Source of the DNA: Candidatus Electryonea clarkiae | GTDB lineage: Bacteria > Electryoneota > Electryoneia > Electryoneales > Electryoneaceae | Reading direction: 5' to 3' | Assembly: GCA_030765455.1 (NCBI GenBank) | Contig: JAVCCM010000101.1 | Span: forward strand, 28,794-92,793 | Length of the DNA: 64,000 nucleotides | Part shown: positions 51,301-60,258 of the stretch, piece after piece | Layout of the letters: each line of letters begins with the position of its first letter | Position numbering within the stretch: the first letter of the stretch is position 1 | Translations under genes and position numbers: made by a program | Notes under the pieces: model-generated | Seen by the model: only the letters and a program-made list of their open reading frames with translations | Databases searched by the model: none | What the model was told of the DNA's origin: nothing

Positions 51301-51650
51301 TATACACTCCCAAGCGTCCAAGGTTTGGCTGGGTTCATTTTGACGGATTATACCTTGGTATTTTTGGTGATGCTGGCGACACATGGCGTGAGAGGGATTT
51401 TGATTTTGATAATGTGATAAGTGATGCGGGTGTGGAACTAAGGGCAAAATTGTTCTCATGGTATGGCTTCCCGACTGCTGTAACTTTTTCGGCAGCAAAA
51501 GGATTTGATCAATTAACTGTTACAGAAAATAATAATACAACTGTTTATGATCCGGACTGGAGATATTATTTTACCTTACTATTTGATTTTGAAACAATAT
51601 TTCCCTCGAATGATCAAAAAGGTAGAATGACGAACGGGTTTGGAAGATAG
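48372..51650 (+). CDS. Omp85-like outer membrane protein with N-terminal zinc-peptidase-like domain and PD40/TolB propeller
   Basis: TFETDHF, VITHEYTHI, WFAEGTA; PD40 repeats (P.WS.DG, PSFSPDE); barrel with GG..GMRGY and DAGVELR. Confidence 0.8.
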   Translation: MKTIIEKEFYAINIISHLIHVIISTAIHLIQCVVIPAKAGIQRASIIVKLNFLDSRLRGNDISIERNWCTITVSMIFGFVLAISNVSAQPLDANHPELLWNTFETDHFVVHYHDGAERTANVIAKIAEEIHPKITGLYGYEPDTKFHFIVKDTDDYANGAAYYYNNKMLIWCTALDYDLRGTTNWLRNVITHEYTHIIQLGAARKAPRPMPAFYFQWIDYEFEKRPDVLYGYPNILASYPIAMTTIPMWFAEGTAQANVPELEYDYWDSHRDMQLRMRALNDSLLPLNDMEVFGKTSLGNEGVYNHGFSLVLYITQKYGADALSDMTQEMKKLHRVDFNKAIEAAIGIDGWQLHEEWASYLKDNYLQKSEIISANEVTGRDFESEGYANLYPKWSSDNEYIYYSSNRGKDYLTSRSIWRKSLETGKAEKIAPEVNSPFDITADGKWMVYSQIVRQKNESYYADIYLRDLEKEKQIRLTRSARAMEPSFSPDEKSLVFVLNKDGTKNIAALELPDREEWRKIKPVTSDSITHITDYRDGTQCWRPRFSPNGEQIVYSMGRDIGREIVLINPDGKNRQIIIDGPGDQRDPAWSSDGNEIYYVSDETGIYNLYKYSLNDESTIALSNVVGSAFMPNVREDGDIVYTEFTGRGFELRILDPTGPVDRFKMIYDQDFIENIPEITFDDTDIDTAETVGYENPFENIFVVPRLAMDYNTFKPGVYLFSSDVLERLFMLAGFSINQKTEFDAFALFDFKALRPTIFLEGYYIKRTDDARFEDPYVIVDEKPGPEPVFDTYGVDYSFHLIEVDGGARWRLFTPVSLEARGVWSRYQAYLNFEDLSSIHYTYFIGRYLQARLDADLTVPMVKGNVHPRKGWAGQLTAAYENNKFFDGFEVNLDKFTLQEKYIPYKYWRLETDVTGWWNPVGKLVFQPRFRGGYLDKQVDPFMHLYSGGLHGMRGYSYYSLGGTRKIIGSLALRHPIYTPKRPRFGWVHFDGLYLGIFGDAGDTWRERDFDFDNVISDAGVELRAKLFSWYGFPTAVTFSAAKGFDQLTVTENNNTTVYDPDWRYYFTLLFDFETIFPSNDQKGRMTNGFGR
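48440..48582. mobile_element. 141-bp MITE (family A) flanked by a TA duplication, inserted in frame in a signal-peptide coding region
   Basis: TAGTAC...GTACTA ends; internal palindrome GTCATTCCTGCGAAGGCGGGAATCCAG...CTGGATTCCCGCCTTCGCGGGAATGAC; homologous copy at 53885-54070. Confidence 0.8.
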
Positions 51651-51748
51651 TAGCCCGGACAGCTTGTGTCCGGGAAAGAAAGGTCTTGGATTCTTGATCC
51701 AGAATAATACTTAAAAGAATAATCCCGGACACAAGCTGTCCGGGCTAC
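51650..51748. repeat. GTAG-type REP doublet
   Basis: GTAGCCCGGACAGCTTGTGTCCGGGA...TCCCGGACACAAGCTGTCCGGGCTAC, a perfect inverted repeat. Confidence 0.85.
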
Positions 51749-51809
51749 AAAAAGATATTTTATAAGCTTCAATTTTTAGTTTGATTTCCGGTTTTACCTG
51801 GAGGTAGAG

Positions 51810-52886
51810 ATGAAAAAGTCGATTTTATTATTAGTGGCGTTCGCCGTTCTGTTCTCATTTGGGACAATTGTTGCAGGGACGGATACTGCAGCGTCTCGAG
51901 AAACGGAAAATACCGGTAATGGTTCTGATGAAAGTTCAATCGTATTTCTGAACAAGGAAACGACTCAGGAAAATATTGCGAATACTGATGCGGGCTATGA
52001 AGAGGAAGCGCATATTAAGTCACCTCTTTTCCCTTCAAAGAAATCCTTCGATCTGCGACAGAAGATGTCTTTTTATTCGCAAACGGATGAAGGATCAGGC
52101 GCTGTGGCTTCAGTTTCGACCGGTGAGAAACGTCTCAATCCGGGTAGAGCTGTGATGATGTCAGCTATAATTCCCGGCGCGGGTGAATTTTTTCTGGGCT
52201 ATAATAAAGAAAAGCCGATGTTATCATATCTGAAATCAGGATTATTCTTCTCAGCCGAAGTCGGTTTCTGGTATGGCGCTATTTCCTATGCCATGCGTGG
52301 GGAAGCAGTAGAGGACGATTACGAAATATACGCTGATGATAAATGGAATGAAGATGTTTACAGGGGATTTGAATATTGGTTGGCGAAAAATTATCCAACA
52401 CCCGACAATATTTATCCTGATGATAAAGCTAAATGGCGCTTGGAAAGATGGGAAGATAAACTGAATTATTTGCCGACCTGGTTCACCCATGAATTACCGG
52501 AAGAAGAAGACCAGCAATACTACGAGATGATAGGTAAATATCTGCAGCAGTTCGGCATTGCATGGGATGGGGCGCATGATAATTGGATTGAATCCGGTGC
52601 CAATGATCCATTTTATCGAGCCTATCTTGTTGATGAAAGACATGTAGATTATGCTAATGCCAAGGCGTTTCATTATGGCGATATGCGATATGAATCCAAT
52701 CAATTGCTGGATGCTTCCGCCGCATTTTTTATGGCTATCATGGTCAACCACGTCATGTCAGCCCTTGACGCCGGTTTTTCTGTGCGTATCCACAATCGTG
52801 AACTGGCGCGAGCAGAAATGGGATTTGATATAAAGCGCCTTAATGGCGAGGAAATAGCCCTCGGAGGTTTGAGAGTTAGATTTTAA
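51810..52886 (+). CDS. Hypothetical exported/outer-membrane protein (DUF5683-like motif)
   Basis: GGAGG RBS, signal peptide, AVMMSAIIPGAGE, QQYYEMIGKY, NHVMSALDA and C-terminal RVRF. Confidence 0.8.
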   Translation: MKKSILLLVAFAVLFSFGTIVAGTDTAASRETENTGNGSDESSIVFLNKETTQENIANTDAGYEEEAHIKSPLFPSKKSFDLRQKMSFYSQTDEGSGAVASVSTGEKRLNPGRAVMMSAIIPGAGEFFLGYNKEKPMLSYLKSGLFFSAEVGFWYGAISYAMRGEAVEDDYEIYADDKWNEDVYRGFEYWLAKNYPTPDNIYPDDKAKWRLERWEDKLNYLPTWFTHELPEEEDQQYYEMIGKYLQQFGIAWDGAHDNWIESGANDPFYRAYLVDERHVDYANAKAFHYGDMRYESNQLLDASAAFFMAIMVNHVMSALDAGFSVRIHNRELARAEMGFDIKRLNGEEIALGGLRVRF

Positions 52887-52911
52887 ACAAACTCTTGCTT
52901 TCAATAAATAA

Positions 52912-53700
52912 ATGCCAATGCCTGTTAAACATTTGAATATATACTTGAACAGTACACACACTCAGAGCAATCGAAGTGTCATTCCCGCGAATCCGATGAA
53001 TCATAAAATTAGATTAGCAAATATAGCAGGAAAAATATTCTCTTTCCTGCTGATCTTGATCTTTTTCGTATCGAAGGGCTACAGCCAATCCCTCGATCTG
53101 AATGCTACTTTCTCTTCGAGTGCTGTATCTCATACCGACACTTACCTTGCCAAACGTCCTCAACAGGCTTTCGTCCGCAGTTTAGTTCTACCGGGCTGGG
53201 GTCAGCGTTGGGGTGAAAGACCTTCACGAGGGACATTTTATACCGGGGTTGAAGCAGCATTATGGACAGGATTGTTCTACTCCTTTGAATCTTACAACTC
53301 TCGCACCAACCATTATGAAGCATTCGCCAGGGAACATGCCAGTGTTACAGGGGATCACCCGCATCAGTTCTTCGTAGATATGGGTAATTATGAAAATGTT
53401 GACGTATTTAATGCCAGACGTCGGCAGGTTCGTGATTATATTTCACAATATTCAGGCGATGATGACTGGTGGGAGTGGGATGACATGAGCAATCGTCAAA
53501 AGTTCAAAGATTTACGTATAAGCGCAGACTTGAATAAGAACCGGATGTATTATATCATCGGGGGAATGGCGTTGAACAGGATTGTCTCGGCTATTGATGC
53601 AGCAAGAGGATTGACGAAGGAACAGAAAGAGATGAAGAAAAAAATGGGACTTTCGCTGGGATTTGCTCCGAATTCAATAGGTATATCTTTTAACTGGTAG
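52912..53700 (+). CDS. Hypothetical exported/outer-membrane protein (DUF5683-like motif), related to the upstream gene
   Basis: RSLVLPGWGQ, W.W and NRIVSAIDA motifs; start uncertain (52912 or 52996). Confidence 0.75.
   Translation: MPMPVKHLNIYLNSTHTQSNRSVIPANPMNHKIRLANIAGKIFSFLLILIFFVSKGYSQSLDLNATFSSSAVSHTDTYLAKRPQQAFVRSLVLPGWGQRWGERPSRGTFYTGVEAALWTGLFYSFESYNSRTNHYEAFAREHASVTGDHPHQFFVDMGNYENVDVFNARRRQVRDYISQYSGDDDWWEWDDMSNRQKFKDLRISADLNKNRMYYIIGGMALNRIVSAIDAARGLTKEQKEMKKKMGLSLGFAPNSIGISFNW
52951..53002. mobile_element. Internally deleted relic of MITE family A
   Basis: AGTACAC..CAG..CAATCGA.TGTCATTCCCGCGAA followed by GATGAATC, matching both ends of the family A element. Confidence 0.55.
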
Positions 53701-53757
53701 AGAAATAGACCGGGGAACCATATGCCTGACCTGAAAAAGCCAGAACCAATAACTAAC

Positions 53758-53839
53758 TATAGTGATTCTCGAAAATATTGTCCCATATATTTAATTTTGA
53801 TTTCGTTGATAAACCAGGACATCGAGCTGTCCTGGGCAC
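53758..53839. mobile_element. MITE/REP-like element family B
   Basis: TATAGTGATTCTCGAAAATATTGTCC...TTGATAAACCAGGACATCGAGCTGTCCTGGGCAC; inverted homolog at 61216-61296. Confidence 0.7.
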
Positions 53840-53884
53840 ACACAATGAGACATTCTTTTCAAGAGACCAGAACCAATAACTAAC

Positions 53885-54070
53885 TAATACACCAATTCAG
53901 ATCAATCGAGTTGTCATTCCCGGGAAGTAGGCTGTCCGAGAATGCAATAATCAGCCAAGAATGTCATTCCTGCGAAGGCAGGAATCCAAGTTTAACAACA
54001 GGTTGCAATCTTGTGGATTCCCGCCTTCGCGGGAATGACAGCCCCCTGAATCAGATGAATCGTAGTACAA
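53885..54070. mobile_element. MITE family A copy (opposite orientation to 48440-48582, with about 50 extra bp)
   Basis: TAATACACCAATTCAGATCAATCGAG...GTCATTCCTGCGAAGGCAGGAATCCA...TGGATTCCCGCCTTCGCGGGAATGAC...CTGAATCAGATGAATCGTAGTAC. Confidence 0.75.
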
Positions 54071-54182
54071 GGATGTACAGGATAAACAGAATTATTTCTT
54101 TGCGGCTTTGCGCGAGAAAAATATCTCCTTAACTGTCTCGGTAGATCAATCTGCTATGTCAATCCTGGTTTTCAGTCAGGGA

Positions 54183-54908
54183 TTATTTTATATAAACCGC
54201 TTTCCTCATTTCCACCTGCCCTGCCGTCTCAACTTTTACCAGGTACAATCCACTTGAAAGGTCAGGAGTCATCTTTATACTGAAGTCATGACTGCCGGCG
54301 GAAAAAATACTATTTGCAAAGGATTTTACAGTTCTTCCGTCAGGAGTAATCATCGAAATCATTACATTTCCAGTTGATGGAATGGTAAAATTAATTCTTG
54401 CAGAAGAGTTAAATGGATTTGGATATACATTCGATAATCTGAATTCAGCAGGTGCTGTTGCCTCTGCAGGAACAACATTTTCGCCTTCAGCATTCACAGT
54501 AAACATCAAACTATCAATAACTTCAGGGTCATTTAAGCTTTGAACTACCAACCACAGGATACCAGTCCCGGCAGATCGTATATGATAATCTATCTGCACG
54601 GTATCAGATTCATCAACCGTAAGCGAATCAGGGTACTCACGAACAAAACTGCCGAAACAATAACCATCAGCACACATGGATGTTTCCCATCCTTCAGGCA
54701 CATCTTCATAGCGGAGCATAAGCATAAAAATATCATCGGATGCACCGGTATTTAATAGAAAATTATTGAATCTGCTTGTTGTTTCGTCTTCATAGTCAAA
54801 TGTATTTACAAGATCATCGAGCGGCTCCAGCTCAAAACCTGCCTGGGCAAAAGTTAATGCAGGCAGCAGCAAAACAGCGGACAGTAAATAAAGAAAAAAG
54901 TGCTTCAT
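54183..54908 (-). CDS. Secreted protein with T9SS type A sorting domain
   Basis: Signal peptide, Ig-like domain with WETSMC...CF, and C-terminal YPNPFN...LSSGLYLV...RKAVYIK. Confidence 0.85.
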   Translation of the reverse strand: MKHFFLYLLSAVLLLPALTFAQAGFELEPLDDLVNTFDYEDETTSRFNNFLLNTGASDDIFMLMLRYEDVPEGWETSMCADGYCFGSFVREYPDSLTVDESDTVQIDYHIRSAGTGILWLVVQSLNDPEVIDSLMFTVNAEGENVVPAEATAPAEFRLSNVYPNPFNSSARINFTIPSTGNVMISMITPDGRTVKSFANSIFSAGSHDFSIKMTPDLSSGLYLVKVETAGQVEMRKAVYIK

Positions 54909-55677
54909 CGTCTTTCCTAAGGTTAATCAATTGTTTGCGATAGCTCTAACATTTTCCGGATCTATTGTTCTCCCAGAAAATTCCATTTCATAAAATAGCT
55001 CAATTATTCACTTCAAACAACGATTCTTGGACATGTGAAGTGAGTCATCGGGCAATGAGTTCATTTGGTAGCAGCGGAGGTACAAATTCCCTGTTGTTTT
55101 CACCTGAATAAAATCTGAAACGTTCCTCGAGATTGCAAGATTCTAAAAACAAGCGAGCAACCTCTATAATTGTATTTTTTTACCTTACTTTATCAGTTAT
55201 TGGATTGCAGATATCATAAATATTGTATGGCGTCAGGGAAATTACATAGAGTCAGCGCTCTAATTATGTTTAGTTCAATATGTAAGGTAAACCTAATTTT
55301 GTCATATAGATCGGGGCTTACAGGTCATATCGGTATTTACTTCCATCCATGATTATTATATATTGATGGCGATAGAATCTGGTCTTATTCAGGAGAACTG
55401 AATTAAGATCTTTGCTTGAAAAGTGCTATGTTTCATCATAGTTCAATTTCATAATTTGACGGATGTTTTTAAGCCACATATCCCGAATTGGATCAAAGGA
55501 ATCACTATCCATTCATCCTGCGGTTAAATCAGACGAACGGATGCACTCTTCGGGTTAGCTTTGAGTGACGATCTACCTCGTTAATCCTCTGCTATACCCC
55601 TTTCATCTGTTCGCCGGTTTCGACAGGATCAATTGCACCGGTGATTCATATTCCATGGAAGATAGGAGTTAAACCCC

Positions 55678-58371
55678 ATGGCAGAAGCTACGAAAACAAA
55701 AGAAGACGTTTGGGTCCCGACATGTTGCGGACAGTGTTATTGCATGTGCGGTGTAAAGGTCCGGCGGCAGGACGGAATAGTCACACAAGTCGAGGGAAAT
55801 CCTGATGCGCCTACCGGGCGCGGCTCGATCTGTGCAAAGGGTCTCGCCTCCCCCCACCTCCTTTACGATCCATACCGTGTGAACTATCCACTCAAGCGTA
55901 CTAACCCTGAAAAAGGTCTTGGTGTTGATCCCAAGTTTGAGCGTATCTCCTGGGATGAGGCGTATGATATTATTATCAAGAAACTGAAAGAATGCCAGGA
56001 ACGCGATCCGCGGGGTCTATTCTTCCAGGCAACCACGACCCAGGCATCGGAGATCCGGTTCGGAGTAATCGGGTTCATGAAAGCCTTTGGCACACCCAAT
56101 TACTGGGTATCAGGCGGTGGGCTGCATTGCGGTAATGGCGCCCACTTTATGAACGGAATCATGCATGTATCCTGGTCTATCATTCCTGATTTCGCCAACT
56201 GCAACTACGCTCTGAATTTTGGCTGCTCCAAGGGACATGGCGCGGGTCATGCGGCAATACAAAATGCCACCCAGGTGGCTGACGCCCGTTTCAGGGGCTT
56301 CAAGAACGTAGTCTTTGATCCCTTTATGAGCGCTCAAGCCTCAAAGGGTCACGAGTGGGTTCCCATCCGTGTTGGTACCGATGGCGCCCTTGCCCTGGGG
56401 CTGGTCAATTCCCTGATAAATGAGCACGGTATCTACGATGCCGAATATCTCATGTACAAGACCAATTCTCCTTACCTGATCCGTCCCTCCGACGGGCGGT
56501 ACATGCGTGACAAGGAAACAAATAATCCCCTGGTGTGGGACCTGGTTGACAACAAACCCAGGGTACATAACGATCCATTGGTAACACGTGTCGAGTATGA
56601 GGACGAGGCTCATGAAGTAGCACTTACCGGCACATACAATGTGGACGGTATTGACTGCAAGCCCTCTTTCGAGCTGCTCAAGGAGCATGTAAAGACATAC
56701 ACCCCAGAGTATGTAGAAAAGATTACCTGGGTACCTGCCGCCACAGTAAGCAGGATTGCTAAAGAGTTCGGTGAAGCGGCAGAGATTGGTTCTACCGTAA
56801 CTATTGAGACAGAAAATGGTCCCAAGAAGATTCCCAAGCGACCCGTAGCCACTCATTTCTTCCGTGGTTCCCAGGGTCACGCCAACTCGGGATGGACCTG
56901 CCTGTCAATCGACATGGTGAACCACATCGTTGGCGCAGCCGACACTTACGGCAGCGCACTGGGGCTGGGTGGAACGGTAATGGACGGTTACAAGAAGACC
57001 GGTAAGCCATACCAGATTCCTTACCCCTGCCCGGATGGTCTGCTCACGGCAAAAGCATGGGTATATGATCACACGCCATATCCGTTGCGTGAGCCCAAAC
57101 CTCCTACGCGGCTTGATTTGCACGACATGTTCCCAACATCAATTTACAACGCATTTACTATATGCAGTCCCAAATGGTTTGATATGCTCGAACGGTTCAA
57201 GATCCCGTACCGTCCGGACGTGATGGTCAATTTCGGCTCAAACTCGGTGATGACTATGGGTAACGCTGAGACAGTAACCGAGAATTTCCTTAAGAAGTTC
57301 AAATTCATCTTCTCGTTCCAACTCTATATAACAGAGTTCGAAGAAGCTGTTGCGGACATCGTACTACCTGATGCCTGCTTCCTCGAACGCTTTACACCGG
57401 CGGTCAGTTTCCCCTCCACCTTCTCTCATCCCCAGGGCGAGGACGACTGGGGTTGGACAATCCGGCAGCCTGTGGTGGAACCATTGTACGAACGAAGGGA
57501 TTTCAACAAGGTGATGATTGAAATCAGCAAGCGTTGCGGCATCCTTGGCAAGTATTACAAGGGGCTTAACGATGCTATCCCCATTCGTTACGGTGGTGAA
57601 ATGGAAGAGAAGTACAAACTCACAGAGGACGGCAGCGTTGAGCACTCATGGGAGGATGTCTGCGACCGTCTTGTAAAGGATCGGTTCGGGGAGGAGCATG
57701 ACCTGGAGTACTTCAAGAAACGGGGCGTTTTCACATGGCCCAAGCGTAAAGAAGACGTTTACTGGAAATGGTTTAATCCATCTCGCGTACCGGTTTATTT
57801 CGAGTATTTCATTGATTCAGGGGAAAAGATAACGAAATTATGGAATGAATACGGCGGCAACGATTTCTTCAATTTTGATTGGTCGCGGTTCAAAGCGCTT
57901 GCCGACTGGTTTCCCTGCCCCACTCACGGCGATGACAAGCCCGAGTACGACATGAATACCTTCTACTGGCGTGCCGTGATGCACTGCAACTCGCTGACTC
58001 AGCAGAATCCTTACCTGGATGAATGCGCCCAGGAGGACCCCTATGTCTATGCGATTCAGATGCACAAGGACACTGCTGCGGAAAAAGGCATCGAGGATGG
58101 GGACTACGTCTGGCTTGAAAACCCGGAGGGGCATCGTGTGAAGGGTTGGGTTGCGCTGTGCGAAGGTATTGAACCTCATCACCTCGCTATCGCAGCGGTA
58201 GCGGGACATTGGGGTAAGCACATGCCTATTGCAAAAGGTAAGGGCATATTTTTCAATGATCTCGTTGAAATGGATCTGGAACATACCGATCCTTTGACAT
58301 TCAACCAGGATATCTGTTGCCGTGTCAAGATTTATAAGGCTGACAAGGCTGACGCTGAGCGGCAGGAATAG
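55678..58371 (+). CDS. Molybdopterin (DMSO-reductase family) oxidoreductase catalytic subunit, PadB-like, no Tat signal
   Basis: N-terminal CGQCYCMC...CAKG [4Fe-4S] motif, PLKRTNPEKG..DPKFERISWDEA, WVPIRVGTD, ADIVLPD..FLER and C-terminal binding domain. Confidence 0.9.
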   Translation: MAEATKTKEDVWVPTCCGQCYCMCGVKVRRQDGIVTQVEGNPDAPTGRGSICAKGLASPHLLYDPYRVNYPLKRTNPEKGLGVDPKFERISWDEAYDIIIKKLKECQERDPRGLFFQATTTQASEIRFGVIGFMKAFGTPNYWVSGGGLHCGNGAHFMNGIMHVSWSIIPDFANCNYALNFGCSKGHGAGHAAIQNATQVADARFRGFKNVVFDPFMSAQASKGHEWVPIRVGTDGALALGLVNSLINEHGIYDAEYLMYKTNSPYLIRPSDGRYMRDKETNNPLVWDLVDNKPRVHNDPLVTRVEYEDEAHEVALTGTYNVDGIDCKPSFELLKEHVKTYTPEYVEKITWVPAATVSRIAKEFGEAAEIGSTVTIETENGPKKIPKRPVATHFFRGSQGHANSGWTCLSIDMVNHIVGAADTYGSALGLGGTVMDGYKKTGKPYQIPYPCPDGLLTAKAWVYDHTPYPLREPKPPTRLDLHDMFPTSIYNAFTICSPKWFDMLERFKIPYRPDVMVNFGSNSVMTMGNAETVTENFLKKFKFIFSFQLYITEFEEAVADIVLPDACFLERFTPAVSFPSTFSHPQGEDDWGWTIRQPVVEPLYERRDFNKVMIEISKRCGILGKYYKGLNDAIPIRYGGEMEEKYKLTEDGSVEHSWEDVCDRLVKDRFGEEHDLEYFKKRGVFTWPKRKEDVYWKWFNPSRVPVYFEYFIDSGEKITKLWNEYGGNDFFNFDWSRFKALADWFPCPTHGDDKPEYDMNTFYWRAVMHCNSLTQQNPYLDECAQEDPYVYAIQMHKDTAAEKGIEDGDYVWLENPEGHRVKGWVALCEGIEPHHLAIAAVAGHWGKHMPIAKGKGIFFNDLVEMDLEHTDPLTFNQDICCRVKIYKADKADAERQE

Positions 58372-58396
58372 TCTAAGAGGAACTGGAGTTATTTAA

Positions 58397-59023
58397 ATGC
58401 CACAATACGGAATGGTTATCGACCTCAAAAGGTGTTACGGTTGTTACGCCTGTGTCATGGCTTGCAAGGTGAAAAACCACACACCACCCAGCGTTTTCTG
58501 GGCACGCCTTCTGAAAGGCGAACGGGGCAAGTTCCCCAACACAATGCGGCAGGCTCTTCCTGTCTTGTGCATGCACTGTGACGAACCCTCCTGTCTGGAG
58601 GTATGTCCCACGGGTGCAACACAGCAGTTGGACAATGGCATCGTGATCGTGGATAAGGACAAATGCATGGGATGTAAAGCCTGTATTATGGCTTGTCCCT
58701 ATGGCGCCAGGTATTCAGTGGAAAAATGGGAGAGCTATTTTCCTGATGGACTTCCACTCTCTGAATATGAGGAGTTTGCGAAGAAACACTGGGATGATAA
58801 TTCCGGCTGTGGCGTTGCTACAAAGTGCGATTTTTGTCTCGACCTGCTCAATGAAGGCAAACTACCGGCATGCGTGGAAGCCTGCGCTGCCAATGCCCGG
58901 ACATTTGGCGACCTCGATGACCCGGACAGCGAGATATCCGTGTTGATCAGGAAATACAGGGGAGAGGTGCTGAATCCTGAATTAGGTAATAAACCAAAGG
59001 TCTATTACCTCGCCCCGAGGTAA
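58397..59023 (+). CDS. 4Fe-4S dicluster electron-transfer subunit (DmsB/NrfC/PadC-like)
   Basis: Cys motifs CYGCYAC..AC, CMHCDEPSC..VCP, CMGCKAC..ACP and KCDFC...PAC..AC. Confidence 0.95.
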   Translation: MPQYGMVIDLKRCYGCYACVMACKVKNHTPPSVFWARLLKGERGKFPNTMRQALPVLCMHCDEPSCLEVCPTGATQQLDNGIVIVDKDKCMGCKACIMACPYGARYSVEKWESYFPDGLPLSEYEEFAKKHWDDNSGCGVATKCDFCLDLLNEGKLPACVEACAANARTFGDLDDPDSEISVLIRKYRGEVLNPELGNKPKVYYLAPR

Positions 59024-59115
59024 AGTAGATCCCTTTCGTTGAAAGGGATTTATGTTGGACAGGTTAGGTTCTTTCGTTTATAAATTCAAATCCTTTTCAA
59101 CGGAAGGGATCTACT
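59024..59115. repeat. GTAG-type long inverted repeat inside the operon
   Basis: AGTAGATCCCTTTCGTTGAAAGGGATTT...AAATCCTTTTCAACGGAAGGGATCTACT. Confidence 0.75.
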
Positions 59116-59178
59116 GAACAACTAATAAATAGTCTTGAAGAAGTAGTAGATATTTAGCAAGAAAGTGAGAGAGGTATC

Positions 59179-60147
59179 ATGGATCCGAAAGTCAATGGTC
59201 AGTTGCAGAAGGATTGGGGTTTGTTGCTTGCGATCTACCTGTTCCTCGGCGGTGTCGGCGGAGGAGCTTATACTATTGCTGCCATCAACAGCTTCCTTGG
59301 CAAGAGCATGGAGTTATCCACTACAATAGGTTTGTGGATCGGATTTCCGGCGCTGCTTATAGGAAGTGTCATTCTGATTGCCGACCTGGGAAATCCAGGC
59401 AAATTCATCCTCGCCGGTTTAAAACCAGGGACTTCCTGGATAGCCCGGGGAGTATGGATAATTTCTCTCTTTATGGTTTTTTCCTTTTTGCATCTCGTCC
59501 TCCATCAGTTCACGGAGATAAGCAAAACCGCAACCGGTATGAACGTCATTGCGATTCTCGGAATCATATTTGCGATCCTGACCATGGCTTACACCGGGAT
59601 TCTGCTCGGGACATCCAAAGGTATCCCTTTCTGGCGTTCCGGGATGGTGCCCGTACTATTTGTCGTCTCAGCCCTGGTAACCGGGCATTTCTCAATCATG
59701 CTTGGTATGGTGATCTTTAACGAGGGAGCAGCGACTGTGTCTCAGCTTAGTTTCATGGCTGTCGAAGCTGTAGTGGTTGTCGTTGTTGAAGTGCTGGCTA
59801 TCCTGTTTTTTCTCCAGGCAGCGTACAGGCAGCCGGATGCCAGGGAATCGGTAGAACGGATTATGCGCAAGACAATTTTCATAGTTGGCTACTTTATCAT
59901 GGGACTCGGTGTTCCGTTGGTACTTATGCTGATCCTGCGCTATGCCATGACTGAATCGGGACTGAGCGCAGTCCTTGGAGTTGCATTCATTGGCGCCCTG
60001 CTCGGGTTGATCGGCGGTCTCTTGTTAAGGCTGGCAATATTGATCACCGGCGCATTACCAACATTGAACATGGCAGGATTCCAGTTCCGCCGTATTGCAA
60101 GACCCAAAGATCTGAAACCGGGCATAGGCTTGACACCTCCACAATAA
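59179..60147 (+). CDS. NrfD/PsrC-family membrane anchor subunit
   Basis: WG..IAIYLFLGG, DLG.P, SWIARG, YTG.LL and IPFW; about 8 TM. Confidence 0.9.
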   Translation: MDPKVNGQLQKDWGLLLAIYLFLGGVGGGAYTIAAINSFLGKSMELSTTIGLWIGFPALLIGSVILIADLGNPGKFILAGLKPGTSWIARGVWIISLFMVFSFLHLVLHQFTEISKTATGMNVIAILGIIFAILTMAYTGILLGTSKGIPFWRSGMVPVLFVVSALVTGHFSIMLGMVIFNEGAATVSQLSFMAVEAVVVVVVEVLAILFFLQAAYRQPDARESVERIMRKTIFIVGYFIMGLGVPLVLMLILRYAMTESGLSAVLGVAFIGALLGLIGGLLLRLAILITGALPTLNMAGFQFRRIARPKDLKPGIGLTPPQ

Positions 60148-60162
60148 AGAGTTTTAAAAACT

Positions 60163-60233
60163 GAGGATGGAGCTCCGTACCCATAGTATAGGACAATTCA
60201 ACAAAGTCTGGATGGGTACGGAGCCCCGTCCTC
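60163..60233. repeat. Long inverted repeat between the NrfD-like gene and fdhD
   Basis: GAGGATGGAGCTCCGTACCCAT...ATGGGTACGGAGCCCCGTCCTC. Confidence 0.65.
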
Positions 60234-60258
60234 CTAACCTGATATTCTTAAGCCTGTA

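Noticed and set aside
53911..54132. 73-aa ORF containing VDSRLRGND
   Set aside because: Translation of the MITE family A copy.
55380..55670. Possible Moco/Wco riboswitch in the long leader of the Mo-enzyme operon
   Set aside because: I could not identify the conserved aptamer features by eye; an Infernal search with the Rfam Moco model is needed.
55678..58371. Calling the Mo-enzyme a formate dehydrogenase or selenoprotein because of fdhD
   Set aside because: There is no FDH-type (C/U)H active-site motif or RGQNNVQG-like motif, and no in-frame TGA.
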